Assembly (NCBI GenBank): GCA_020849105.1
Contig: JADLGW010000044.1
Coordinates: forward strand, 13,683-77,682
DNA: 64,000 bases
Direction: 5' to 3'
Source of the DNA: Phycisphaerales bacterium
GTDB lineage: Bacteria; Planctomycetota; Phycisphaerae; Phycisphaerales; UBA1924
Part shown: positions 27,139-36,128 of the stretch, piece after piece
How the letters are laid out: the number at the start of each line of letters is the position of its first letter
Position numbering within the stretch: position 1 is the stretch's first letter
Notes under the pieces: model-generated
The model's database searches: none
What the model saw: the letters and a program-made list of their open reading frames with translations, nothing else
Told to the model about the DNA's origin: nothing
Program-made: the position numbers and the translations under genes

Positions 27139-28383
27139 ATGACCCGCACGATTACCAGCCGCTGCCCCGCCCTCACGCCGGCCATCCTTGTCCTCGCCGC
27201 GGCGGGCCTCGCCCAGCATGTGGCCGCCCAGCCCGTGATCACCAACCTCGGGTCCCTGATGGGCTCGTCGAGCGCGTCGGCCGTGAACGCCGACGGCACC
27301 GTTGTCGTTGGGACCAGTGACTTCGTCCCATTCCCCGGCGGCAGCCGTCCGTTCCGGTGGACGAGCGGATTGGGCATGACGAACCTGGGCACGCTCGGCG
27401 GGATCTACGGCGGGGCGCGCGCCGTGAGCGCCGATGGCCTGATCGTGGTCGGGTCGAGTGAGACAGCATTCCGGTGGAGCGACGCGCTCGGCCTCGTCAG
27501 CCTGGGCGCCCTTTCAGGAGGGATCGGGTCGTCGGCCGCGGGCGTGAGCGCGGACGGCTCGATCATCGTCGGCGTCAGCAGTTCCGAGTTCGGGGACCGC
27601 GCGTTCCGCTGGGCCTCGGCCCTCATCGGCATGGAGAACCTGGGGACGCTGCCCGGCGGGGGCTACTCCTCGGCACGCGGCGTGAGCGCCGACGGGGCGG
27701 TGATCGTGGGCGAGAGTGAGGTCGCGGGCGGCACATGGCTCGCGTTCCGGTGGACGGAGGCCACCGGCATGGTCAGCCTGGGAACGATCATCGGTGTGCC
27801 CACCGCGTATGGATCCTCGGCGTTCGGTGTGAACGGAGATGGGTCGGTCGTGGTCGGGCGCGGGGGCACCACGTTCGGCGTGCGCGCGTTCCGCTGGACG
27901 GGAGGCGGCGGCATGGTCAGCCTCGGGGCGTTCCCGGGCGGGACAACGACGGAGGCCCGCGCCGTGAACGGCGATGGGTCGGCCGTCGTCGGCACGGGCC
28001 TTACCCCGCTGGGGGCGCGTGCATTCCTGTGGACCGAGTCCTTGGGGCTGGTGGACCTCAATACCTACCTGCCGACGCTCGGCGTCAGTCTTGCCGGTTG
28101 GACGCTGGAGGAGGCCCGGGGCATCAGCGCCGACGGCACCGCGATTGCCGGCTATGGCGTCTTCGGCGGCGAGCAGCGGGCGTGGATCGTGACCGGGCTC
28201 GGATCCGGCGTTCCCTGCTACCCAGATTGCAACGGCGACGGGGCCCTGAACCTGGCGGACTTCGGGTGCTTCACGACGAAGTTCGCTCTGGGTGACGGGT
28301 ACGCCGACTGCAACGGGGACGGCGTGCGAAACCTGGCCGACTTCGGCTGCTTCACGACCACGTTTGCGCTCGGGTGCCCGTAG
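27139..28383 (+). CDS. Secreted HAF-type repeat protein with dockerin-like tail
   Basis: Signal peptide, then about 8 repeats of the form (R/L)AFRW..G.GMV.LG.L.GG..S.A.GVSADGS.(V/I)VG. The last 55 aa are the CYPDCNGDG...GCP module. Confidence 0.88.
   Translation: MTRTITSRCPALTPAILVLAAAGLAQHVAAQPVITNLGSLMGSSSASAVNADGTVVVGTSDFVPFPGGSRPFRWTSGLGMTNLGTLGGIYGGARAVSADGLIVVGSSETAFRWSDALGLVSLGALSGGIGSSAAGVSADGSIIVGVSSSEFGDRAFRWASALIGMENLGTLPGGGYSSARGVSADGAVIVGESEVAGGTWLAFRWTEATGMVSLGTIIGVPTAYGSSAFGVNGDGSVVVGRGGTTFGVRAFRWTGGGGMVSLGAFPGGTTTEARAVNGDGSAVVGTGLTPLGARAFLWTESLGLVDLNTYLPTLGVSLAGWTLEEARGISADGTAIAGYGVFGGEQRAWIVTGLGSGVPCYPDCNGDGALNLADFGCFTTKFALGDGYADCNGDGVRNLADFGCFTTTFALGCP
28216..28380 (+). repeat. 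Dockerin-like Cys-rich C-terminal module, copy 2
   Basis: CYPDCNGDGALNLADFGCFTTKFALGDGYADCNGDGVRNLADFGCFTTTFALGCP. Confidence 0.9.
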
Positions 28384-28458
28384 ACCCGCCACCAGGACCG
28401 CGACCCGTCCGTCTGCGTGTCCTTGGGTCGTGACCGCTGCGGCCGCGAGCAATCCCAA

Positions 28459-28531
28459 TGGGCAGGGCCGGACTTGAACCGGCGACACCCGCATTTTCAG
28501 TGCGGTGCTCTACCAACTGAGCTACCTGCCC
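28459..28531 (-). tRNA. tRNA-Phe (anticodon GAA)
   Basis: GGGCAGG-TA-GCTC-AGTTGGTA-GAGC-A-CCGCA-CTGAAAA-TGCGG-GTGTC-GCCGG-TTCAAGT-CCGGC-CCTGCCC-A. 73 nt, CCA not encoded. Confidence 0.93.
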
Positions 28532-28686
28532 GGCAGCGGGTCAACGATACGGCGGCGGGAGGCGGGCTTCCAGCGGGATCGGGGCTCGACAGAACCGGCG
28601 CTGATTGCACGGGCACCAAATCCGGTGCAGGGATGGAGAACCGCGACGCGCTGTGCCTGCCGACGCCCGCGACCGCACCACGCGGT

Positions 28687-29991
28687 TCACGCCTCAAACC
28701 GGACCATTCCGCCGACGATGGTTGCCACCGCCCGGCCGCGGACTCTGCGGCCCAGGAAGGGCGTGTTGCGGGACATGCCGGCCAGACAGGCGGCGTCCAG
28801 TGTCCACTCCATCTCCGGGTCGATCACGGTCACGTCCCCCGGGCCGCCGACGGTGAGCGAGCCGAGCCCGCGGCGGTCGAGGCCGCACAGGCGGGCCGGC
28901 TCGATGGTCATCAGTTCAATGAGCCGTTCCCAGCCGATCGCGCCCGTGGCGACCAGGGCCTCGGCGTAGAGCGGCAGGGCCGTTTCCAGCCCGATGATGC
29001 CGAAAGGGGCGTCCTCGAAGGGCCGGGCTTTCTCCTGCGGCGCGTGCGGCGCATGGTCGGTGGCGAGCACGGTGATCGTGCCGTCGGCAACGCCGGCGCG
29101 GAGGGCGTCCACGTCCGCCCGCTCGCGCAGCGGGGGGTTCATCTTGGCCGCGGTGTCGTAGTCCTCACACGCTTCGTGTGTGAGCAGGAGGTGGTGGGGT
29201 GACGCCTCGGCGGTCACGGGCCGCCCGGCGGCCCGTGCGCGGCGGACGATATCAACGGAGCCGGCCGAAGAGATGTGCTGGACGTGGTACCGCGAGCCGA
29301 TCCCCGCGTTCAGGCGCACGTCGCGCTCGATGATGATCTCCTCCGCTGCCCGCGGCCAGCCGGTGAGGCCGAGGCGCGCGGCGACCTCCCCGGCGTGCAT
29401 CGACGCGCCGCGGGTCATGGTCGTTTCCTGGCAGTGCTGCATGAATGCCAGCCCGGCATCGCGGCACGCGGCCAGGACGCGGGCCATCACGGCGGCCGAC
29501 GCCACACAGTCGCCGTCGTCGCTGATCCCGACCGCGCCGGCCCGGGCGAGCAGCCCGATCTCCGTCACATCGTCACCCCGGCGGCCCCGCGTTGCCGCGG
29601 CCACTGTGAAGATGCGGCACGCGGAGGTCGCGGCGGCGCGGTGGGCGATGAACCCGACCATCTCGGGCGAGTCCAGGGCCGGGCCGGTGTTGGGCATGCA
29701 GCAGACGGTGGTGAAGCCGCCCGCGGTCGCGGCACGTCCGCCGGTCTCCAGGGTCTCCTTGTGCTCGCCTCCGGGCTCGCGAAGGTGGACGTGGGGGTCG
29801 ATCAGCCCGGGAACGACCAGGCACCCGCTGGCATCGATCACGCGATCGGCCGGGTCTGAGGAGAGCCCCGGGCCGATGTCCCGGATCGCGCCGTTCTCCA
29901 TGGCCACGTCGGCGTCGGTCGGCGGGGCGAAACCGCCACCGACCTGCGGACTCCCGATAACCCGTCCGCCGGCGATGAGGAGCGATGCCAT
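28687..29991 (-). CDS. pyrC: Dihydroorotase
   Basis: Inner ATG at 29991 (MASLLIAGGRVI). PGLIDPHVHLREPGGEHKETLETGGRAATAGGFTTVCCMPNT and the later DHAPH motif. Confidence 0.9.
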   Translation of the reverse strand: MASLLIAGGRVIGSPQVGGGFAPPTDADVAMENGAIRDIGPGLSSDPADRVIDASGCLVVPGLIDPHVHLREPGGEHKETLETGGRAATAGGFTTVCCMPNTGPALDSPEMVGFIAHRAAATSACRIFTVAAATRGRRGDDVTEIGLLARAGAVGISDDGDCVASAAVMARVLAACRDAGLAFMQHCQETTMTRGASMHAGEVAARLGLTGWPRAAEEIIIERDVRLNAGIGSRYHVQHISSAGSVDIVRRARAAGRPVTAEASPHHLLLTHEACEDYDTAAKMNPPLRERADVDALRAGVADGTITVLATDHAPHAPQEKARPFEDAPFGIIGLETALPLYAEALVATGAIGWERLIELMTIEPARLCGLDRRGLGSLTVGGPGDVTVIDPEMEWTLDAACLAGMSRNTPFLGRRVRGRAVATIVGGMVRFEA

Positions 29992-30175
29992 CGGCGTGAG
30001 GATACACGCCCCCTTGCCCACTTTGCCGGATGCAGGGAACCCGCCCCAACTCGGGTGCGAAAGGGCACCCGTTCGCACATTTCCCGGTTCCCCATCCCGG
30101 AATAGGCTGTATTGTGAACGCTCGACGGGCGGAGAGCCCGGCGACGCCCCCCACGTTTGCACGGAAGGAGACTGC

Positions 30176-32890
30176 ATGTCCTCACGTTGGATGTCCCGCG
30201 CCGCGGCCTTCGTGTCGCTGGCCTGTTGTGGTATCGCCCTGGCCGACGGCACGCTGAACGCCGCGGCGGAGCACCTTCGCACCCTCTACCCCGGCACCCA
30301 GTTCGTGTGGGAGGGCAACCAGGTCCGCGGAATCTACGGTGTGCCGATGACGATGGGCATGAACCCTGAGCAGGCCGCGACGCAGTTCCTTGCGGCCCAC
30401 GGCGCGGCCTTTGGCGCGGGCACGCTGGAACTGGTTGCCCGCCCGGCCAGCACGGTCCAGAACGGGCGGTTCACCGTCTACTCCTACGGCCAGACGATCT
30501 CCGGCATGCCCGTCGAGTACGGCGAACTTCGAGTCCTGGTGCTGAACCAGCCCGTTCCGCGGGTGGTGTACGCGAGCGGCCGGCTGGCGGCGGCCCCCGC
30601 GGCGGGGTTCCCGGAGGCGGCGAGCACCGGCGCGGGCGCCCTGGCGAGCGTCCGGGCGCTGCGGCAGTATTCCGACCTGACCAACTGGACGGCCCCCTTG
30701 GCCGCGATCTACCAGGGCGATGAGGTCTGGGCGGCGCCGGTGCGCGTCTGGAAGTTCTCCGGCTCCGGCGCACCGAACCGGGTGTTCACGTTCTTTGTCG
30801 ACATGGCGACCGGGCTGGTTGTCGAGGCCCGGAACGAGGTCTCCACGACCGACGTGACAGGCACCGTGAAGGGCATGGCGACGTCGGGGCTGCGCGCCGA
30901 CTACGCGGGCAACCCGCCGACCCTGCAGAACATCCCGGAGGTGAACGTGAGCGTGGCGGGCGGCTCCGCGGCCCTGGCGGACCGCAACGGCAACTTCACC
31001 ATCCCGAACGCGGGCTCCGCCCCCGTGACTGTGAACACCAACGGCACGAACGCCCGGTGGATCACGATTGTGCCGCAGGACGGTGCGCCGCTGGTCTCCG
31101 CCAGCGTGCCCAACGTGACGCCGGGCGTCCCGGCCACGCCCACGTTCAACGCCGTGCCGTCGGCGACGACGACGTCCCAGGTCAACGTGCTGATCCACGC
31201 GGACCTGACGCACAACTACTACACGGACCGCGCCCCGGGGATCAACCTGCCGCGGATCCAGGGTCGCACCGGCGTCGCGGGCACCTGCAACGCGTTCTTC
31301 AACGGCTCCTCGATCAACTTCTACAACCTGGGCGGCGGCTGCAACAACACGGCCTTCAGCACGGTGATCGCCCATGAATACGGGCACTATGTGGTGCAGC
31401 AGCTCGGGCTCCAGCAGGGCGCCTTCGGCGAGGGGTTCGGCGATACCACCTCCGTCCTGCTCTACGACACCGGCCTGATGGGCGAGTACTTCACGACCGG
31501 CGGCGGCCTGGTCCGCAACCTGATCACCACGACCCGCGTGTACCCGTGCAGCGGCGAGGTGCACGACTGCGGTGAGGTGCTCGGGGCGTTCTGGTACCGG
31601 GCGAAGGAGAACTTCAAGGGCAAGTACGGGGCCACGACCGGCCTCGACAACATCCGCGACCTCCAGGTCGCATGGGCGGACATCACCATCGGCGGCTCGG
31701 GCAGCAACTCGCTCCACCCGGCGAGCGCCGTGGAGATCCTGACCGTGAACGACGACGACGGGAACCTTGCCAACGGCACGCCGGACTATTCGGAACTGTG
31801 CAGCGCGTTCCAGGCCCGCAACATCCCGTGCCCGGTGGTCTCGCTGCTGGCGTTCTCGTACCCGAACGGGCGGCCGGCGACCCTGACGCCCGGGCAGCCG
31901 ACGACGATCCGTGTGGATGTCGCCGGCGTGTCGGCAACCCCCGTGCCGAACTCCGGCACGATGACGTACAAGGTCAACAGCGGCTCATTCCAGACCGTGC
32001 CGATGATGCAGATTGCCGCCAACCAGTACGAGGCGGTCATCCCCGCGGTGGCCTGCCGCGACGACGTCCGGTACTACTTCGGTGCGCAGTCGAGTTCCGG
32101 CGCGGCCGTTGACCCGCAGGGTGCGCCGGGGACGACGTTCGGTGCGGTCGGGGGCGCCGCGCTCACGGCGGTCTTCACCGATACATTTGAGACAAACCTG
32201 GGCTGGTCCGGGGTGGCCCCGGGCGATACCGCGGCCACGGGGCGCTGGAACCGGATGGACCCGCAGCCCACGGCGGCCCAGCCCGGGGATGACGTAACCC
32301 CCGCACCCGGTGTCAACTGCTGGGTGACGGACGGCAACGCCGGGAGCGGCATCGGAACCTACGACGTGGACTCCGGCTTTACCACGCTGACCTCGCCGGT
32401 CCTTGACCTTTCCGCGAGCCCGGACGCGAAGATCAGTTATTGGCGCTGGTACTCCAACGACCAGGGCGGCGCACCCAACGCGGACACGTTCAACATCGAC
32501 ATCACCAACAACGGCACGAACTGGGTGCCGGTCGAGGTGGTCGGGCCCGGCGGAGTCCAGGCGAGCGGGCAGTGGTACTTCCACGAGTTCCGCGCGGCGG
32601 ACTTTGTCGCGCCGTCGGCGACGGTCCGGGTTCGGTTCATCGCGTCCGACCTGGGCGATGGATCGATCGTCGAGGCCGCGGTGGACGACTTCAAGGTCGC
32701 GGCCGTGCAGTGCTCCTCGGCCTGCTACCCCGACTGCAACGGCGACGGTGCGCTCAACCTGTCCGACTTCGGCTGCTTCCAGACGAAGTTCGCGACCGGC
32801 AACTCGTACGCTGACTGCAACGGGGACGGCGTGCTGAACCTGTCCGACTTCGGCTGCTTCCAGACGAAGTTCGCGGTGGGTTGCCCGTAG
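30176..32890 (+). CDS. Secreted gluzincin-type zinc metalloprotease with a jelly-roll (MAM/choice-of-anchor-J-like) domain and dockerin-like tail
   Basis: ATG at 30176 follows GGAAGGAG. Signal peptide MSSRWMSRAAAFVSLACCGIALA. Catalytic motifs HEYGH and downstream GAFGEGFGD (ExxxD). C-terminal CYPDCNGDG...GCP. The 29180-30175 part of the track ORF is antisense to pyrC. Confidence 0.85.
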   Translation: MSSRWMSRAAAFVSLACCGIALADGTLNAAAEHLRTLYPGTQFVWEGNQVRGIYGVPMTMGMNPEQAATQFLAAHGAAFGAGTLELVARPASTVQNGRFTVYSYGQTISGMPVEYGELRVLVLNQPVPRVVYASGRLAAAPAAGFPEAASTGAGALASVRALRQYSDLTNWTAPLAAIYQGDEVWAAPVRVWKFSGSGAPNRVFTFFVDMATGLVVEARNEVSTTDVTGTVKGMATSGLRADYAGNPPTLQNIPEVNVSVAGGSAALADRNGNFTIPNAGSAPVTVNTNGTNARWITIVPQDGAPLVSASVPNVTPGVPATPTFNAVPSATTTSQVNVLIHADLTHNYYTDRAPGINLPRIQGRTGVAGTCNAFFNGSSINFYNLGGGCNNTAFSTVIAHEYGHYVVQQLGLQQGAFGEGFGDTTSVLLYDTGLMGEYFTTGGGLVRNLITTTRVYPCSGEVHDCGEVLGAFWYRAKENFKGKYGATTGLDNIRDLQVAWADITIGGSGSNSLHPASAVEILTVNDDDGNLANGTPDYSELCSAFQARNIPCPVVSLLAFSYPNGRPATLTPGQPTTIRVDVAGVSATPVPNSGTMTYKVNSGSFQTVPMMQIAANQYEAVIPAVACRDDVRYYFGAQSSSGAAVDPQGAPGTTFGAVGGAALTAVFTDTFETNLGWSGVAPGDTAATGRWNRMDPQPTAAQPGDDVTPAPGVNCWVTDGNAGSGIGTYDVDSGFTTLTSPVLDLSASPDAKISYWRWYSNDQGGAPNADTFNIDITNNGTNWVPVEVVGPGGVQASGQWYFHEFRAADFVAPSATVRVRFIASDLGDGSIVEAAVDDFKVAAVQCSSACYPDCNGDGALNLSDFGCFQTKFATGNSYADCNGDGVLNLSDFGCFQTKFAVGCP
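32723..32887 (+). repeat. Dockerin-like Cys-rich C-terminal module, copy 3
   Basis: CYPDCNGDGALNLSDFGCFQTKFATGNSYADCNGDGVLNLSDFGCFQTKFAVGCP. Confidence 0.9.
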
Positions 32891-32926
32891 GGCCCCGGGG
32901 ATTCGGCCCGGTGAGTACACAGCAGA

Positions 32927-32953
32927 CCCCGGCGCTCGCGGCCGGGGTTTTTT
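32927..32953 (+). terminator. Intrinsic terminator
   Basis: CCCCGGC-gctcgcg-GCCGGGG followed by TTTTTT, 37 nt after the stop at 32890. Confidence 0.75.
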
Positions 32954-33044
32954 GTGGGCACGCCGGGACGCCCGCCCTCCGGCGTCACGCCTTGAATGGG
33001 GAACACTGCTGGGGCATGGTGCTGGTGAGCCGCGGCGATCGACC

Positions 33045-33818
33045 TTACCTGGTCCGCGGCTTGGCGATCTTCCGGAGGGCGGGGCCCTTGTGCATCGCCA
33101 CATGGTCGGTCTTGTCACTCTTGATCTCGTACTGCGGCTCATCCTTGCTGGCGTGGTGGGTGTAGCCCTTGTAGTCCACGTCCCGCGTGTGCACGCGGAT
33201 GATCGTGCCCCGGACGCGCCCCGCCTCCGAGTTCCAGGACACATGGTCGCCCACCTTGAAGCCCTTTGACATCGGTGCCTCCTCCTCCTCGGCGGCGTAC
33301 GACAACGTGCCGTTGTCGATGTGAGCCGCGGACGTGTACGGGTGCTCCTGACTCCGCGCCGCGTCCCGGATGTGGAGCACGCGGAGCCCTCGCGACTTCA
33401 GGTGGTCGGCGATGAGCGCGCGGTGGCACCGCCACCAGACGGCCTCCGCGCACATGATGGCCGTGCGCCTGCGGCGGGCCAAATCCAGGAGACGATCGGT
33501 GCCCGCGCGGAACTCGGGGGCCTCCATGTAGTCCGCGTAGCCCCGGAAGGACCCGTTGCGCCAGGCGGTATTGCGGGAGCCGGGCCGCGCGGGGCGGCGC
33601 CCGCCCAGTTCCGGCATCGGGACGTACTCAATCCCGGCTTCCGGCAGGGACTGCCGCAGCGATTCGGCGCTGAAGTGGGGGTGCTTCCGCGAGCCGGGGA
33701 AGCGCCGGACGTCCGCAAGCGCCTGTATGCCGTGGGCTGCAAGGACACTGATGAACTCCGCCAGGGGCCGGGTCGAGTGACCAATGGTCCAGATCGTCAG
33801 TGCCCCGCCGCCCATCAT
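33045..33818 (-). CDS. DUF488 domain fused in frame to a DUF2945 (hypervirulence-associated TUDOR-like) domain
   Basis: ATG at 33818. DUF488-like TIWTIGHSTRPLAEFISVLAAHGIQALADVRRFPGSRKHPHF...CAEAVWWRCHR. Linker AAEEEEAP. Then MSKGFKVGDHVSWNSEAGRVRGTIIRVHTRDVDYKGYTHHASKDEPQYEIKSDKTDHVAMH. No stop codon lies between the two domains. Confidence 0.75.
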   Translation of the reverse strand: MMGGGALTIWTIGHSTRPLAEFISVLAAHGIQALADVRRFPGSRKHPHFSAESLRQSLPEAGIEYVPMPELGGRRPARPGSRNTAWRNGSFRGYADYMEAPEFRAGTDRLLDLARRRRTAIMCAEAVWWRCHRALIADHLKSRGLRVLHIRDAARSQEHPYTSAAHIDNGTLSYAAEEEEAPMSKGFKVGDHVSWNSEAGRVRGTIIRVHTRDVDYKGYTHHASKDEPQYEIKSDKTDHVAMHKGPALRKIAKPRTR

Positions 33819-33906
33819 GTACCCGCCACGACTGCCGTTTGCCGCCGCCGAGTGCCCGCGGCGCTGGCGCGACGAGAGTCCGGGGCCTGAAAATCGTCCT
33901 GACGAA

Positions 33907-33980
33907 TCGGGGTGGCGGGATTTGAACCCACGACCTTTTGACCCCCAGTCAAACGCGCTACCAAGCTGCGCTACACCCCG
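33907..33980 (-). tRNA. tRNA-Pro (anticodon GGG)
   Basis: CGGGGTG-TA-GCGC-AGCTTGGTA-GCGC-G-TTTGA-CTGGGGG-TCAAA-AGGTC-GTGGG-TTCAAAT-CCCGC-CACCCCG-A. 74 nt, CCA not encoded. Confidence 0.92.
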
Positions 33981-34070
33981 GACAGCGAAGGATATGCGGT
34001 GTGCCGCCCGTGGGCACGGACTCGCCGCGGCCGCGGCCCTTGGTCCCGGCCGCCCGCTGCTCACTGACGG

Positions 34071-34901
34071 CTACATCAGCCAGCCGGGCAGGGCGGCCGC
34101 CTGCCTCACCCACCGGGTGAACAGCGCCTCGTCCAGTGTGTCACGCTCGTGAAGGTTGAGGTAACGGACTTCCTTCTGCTTGGACTCGCCGGGCGGCGGC
34201 GGGCGCAGCGACGCACCGCGGAAGAACCCGGTCTTCACATATCTCGTGAAGACGTGGAACGACAGGAACCAGCCGCGGCCTGCAACACCGTAGAACGGCG
34301 AGTTCCACTTCACCGCCTTGCGCACGCCCGGCACGGCACGCTCGATGATCGCGTCAAGCCGCTGTCCCGCCCCGCGCGTCCAACCCGGCATGGCCGCGAT
34401 GAACTCCTGCACCGGCCCGTCGCCGTCACCCCTGGCGATCTGCGGGTTTCCGCCGGCGAGGAGCCGCGGCGGGCCCGACCTGGTCCGGCGGTTCGCACTG
34501 ATCGCGGCGTTCACGAGCGCCTTGAATGCGGCCGCGTCCACCGTTTCCCCTTCGTGGATATCAATCGCCCGGCGTGTGCCGCCGCGACCCGCGCTAAACA
34601 GGCCGGCGGGGTCCGGCAGTCCAGCCCCCTTCGCAAATGTCAGTTTCACCGTGTCCTTGTACGTCTCGCCGGTGCAGACGATGCCGCTGAGCGACCAGAC
34701 GGGCACTCCCGCCATGCCGTTCGAGGGCTTTCGCCACTTGCGCTCCTCGGCGATCCCCGGTGCGGCCGCCAGGATCAGCCGCCGCATCCGTTCCAGCGTC
34801 TCCTCGTGCCAACCGCCCGTCTTTGGGCCTCGCTGCCCCCTCGATGCGGCGCGTGCCCTCGATCGTGGGGGAGTCTTCTTCCCCGGTGCCTTCTTTGCCA
34901 T
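34071..34901 (-). CDS. Protein with two DUF1801 (YdhG-like) domains
   Basis: ATG at 34901 (MAKKAPGKK...). Two copies of the WRKPSNGMAGVPVWS / VKWNSPFYGV type motif. Confidence 0.7.
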   Translation of the reverse strand: MAKKAPGKKTPPRSRARAASRGQRGPKTGGWHEETLERMRRLILAAAPGIAEERKWRKPSNGMAGVPVWSLSGIVCTGETYKDTVKLTFAKGAGLPDPAGLFSAGRGGTRRAIDIHEGETVDAAAFKALVNAAISANRRTRSGPPRLLAGGNPQIARGDGDGPVQEFIAAMPGWTRGAGQRLDAIIERAVPGVRKAVKWNSPFYGVAGRGWFLSFHVFTRYVKTGFFRGASLRPPPPGESKQKEVRYLNLHERDTLDEALFTRWVRQAAALPGWLM

Positions 34902-34948
34902 CGTTCTCGCTCCAAGCACCGCCGCCGTTGCGGGGCCTTCGGGCACGA

Positions 34949-35728
34949 TCAATGCTGGGCGGGCGCGGTGATGCCCGGCCTCTCCATCCACGGGTCGATA
35001 AAGGGCGTGCCATCGTAGCGGTCGTGGTGACGAAGCCAGCCCATGCCGCCGGTCTGGGCCTCGTCGCGGCCCTTGGGGGTGATGTCGATGAACCGGTACG
35101 CGGTCAGGAACTCCTCCAGCCCGCGGGCGAACGTGGAGTAGGTGTGGTAGATGTCGCCGTGCTCCCGGGCGAAGACGGAGAGCCCGGGCAGTTCGCGGAT
35201 GCCGAAGGCCTTGCCGGTGTAGTTGTACACGCGGTCGCCGCGGGCGAGTTCCTGGTCCGTGAAGGAAACGCCGAAGTCGCGTCCGAAGTCCGTTCCGCCT
35301 CCGGAAACCCACGGGAATGTCCAGCCCATGCGGGAACGGAAGGCCTCGATCTGCGCGATCGGCGCCCGGGAGACCGTGACGAGCGAGGTGTCGCGGTGGG
35401 CCAGGTGGACGACCAGGCCGTTGTAGTGGTCCGCGATGAACGAGCAGGACTTGCACCCCTGCGACCACGTCGGGTCGAACATGAAGTGGTAGACGATGAG
35501 TTGGCCGTGCGGTCCGAAGAGGTCACCCAGAGACCTTGCGCCGCCCGGCGCGTCAAACCTGTACTGCTTGTCCACCCTGACCCAGGGCAGCGCCCGGGCC
35601 TTGGCCGCGACCGCGTCACGCTGACGGGTCAGTTGCTTCTCCTCGGCCAGGAGCGCGATCCGCTCCCGGAGCCACTCGTCGCGCGAGACCACCCTGTGCC
35701 CGGCGACCGCCACTTGAGCCTGGTTCAT
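34949..35728 (-). CDS. DUF899 thioredoxin-like protein
   Basis: ATG at 35728 follows GGAGGAG. LIVYHFMFDPTWSQGCKSCSF... is typical of DUF899. Confidence 0.8.
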   Translation of the reverse strand: MNQAQVAVAGHRVVSRDEWLRERIALLAEEKQLTRQRDAVAAKARALPWVRVDKQYRFDAPGGARSLGDLFGPHGQLIVYHFMFDPTWSQGCKSCSFIADHYNGLVVHLAHRDTSLVTVSRAPIAQIEAFRSRMGWTFPWVSGGGTDFGRDFGVSFTDQELARGDRVYNYTGKAFGIRELPGLSVFAREHGDIYHTYSTFARGLEEFLTAYRFIDITPKGRDEAQTGGMGWLRHHDRYDGTPFIDPWMERPGITAPAQH

Positions 35729-35754
35729 CGGTGACTCCTCCCGGACTGGCCCGT

Positions 35755-36114
35755 TCAGGGCGCCGGCTTGACTTCCATCAGGTACGACACGAGTCTGCGG
35801 ATCCTGCCACGTTCCATCGTGAACACGTCGCAGAACACCAGGTGCAGGTCGCCGCCGCCGCGCTTCCGCGCCCGCACCGTCCCCTCGGCGACGACCACGC
35901 CATCCTCCTCCAGCAGGCGGGTCACGGCGATGTCCGGGTGCCCGACGAACGCCTCGTTCTCGATCTCCCTGTCGAACGCCGCCGTGCCTCGCACGTGGAA
36001 CATGCCGGGAATCAGCCACTCCACGTCGTCGGTGAGGCAGGAGAGCACCATGGCGTGATCACCACGGCGGAAGCCCTCCATGTAGCGCTCGACCACGCCC
36101 TTGTTCGCGGACAT
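35755..36114 (-). CDS. SnoaL/NTF2-like (ketosteroid-isomerase-like) protein
   Basis: ATG at 36114. MSANKGVVERYMEGFRRGDHAMVLSCLTDDVEW. 119 aa. Confidence 0.75.
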   Translation of the reverse strand: MSANKGVVERYMEGFRRGDHAMVLSCLTDDVEWLIPGMFHVRGTAAFDREIENEAFVGHPDIAVTRLLEEDGVVVAEGTVRARKRGGGDLHLVFCDVFTMERGRIRRLVSYLMEVKPAP

Positions 36115-36128
36115 GCGGCCACCGTCTC

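Noticed and set aside
29992-30175. Hairpin CGGGTGC-gaaagg-GCACCCG in the pyrC/protease divergent region as a PyrR-type attenuator or riboswitch.
   Set aside because: No PyrR binding-loop consensus, no downstream terminator/antiterminator alternative and no U-tract. It is a single GC hairpin in GC-rich DNA and is not distinctive.
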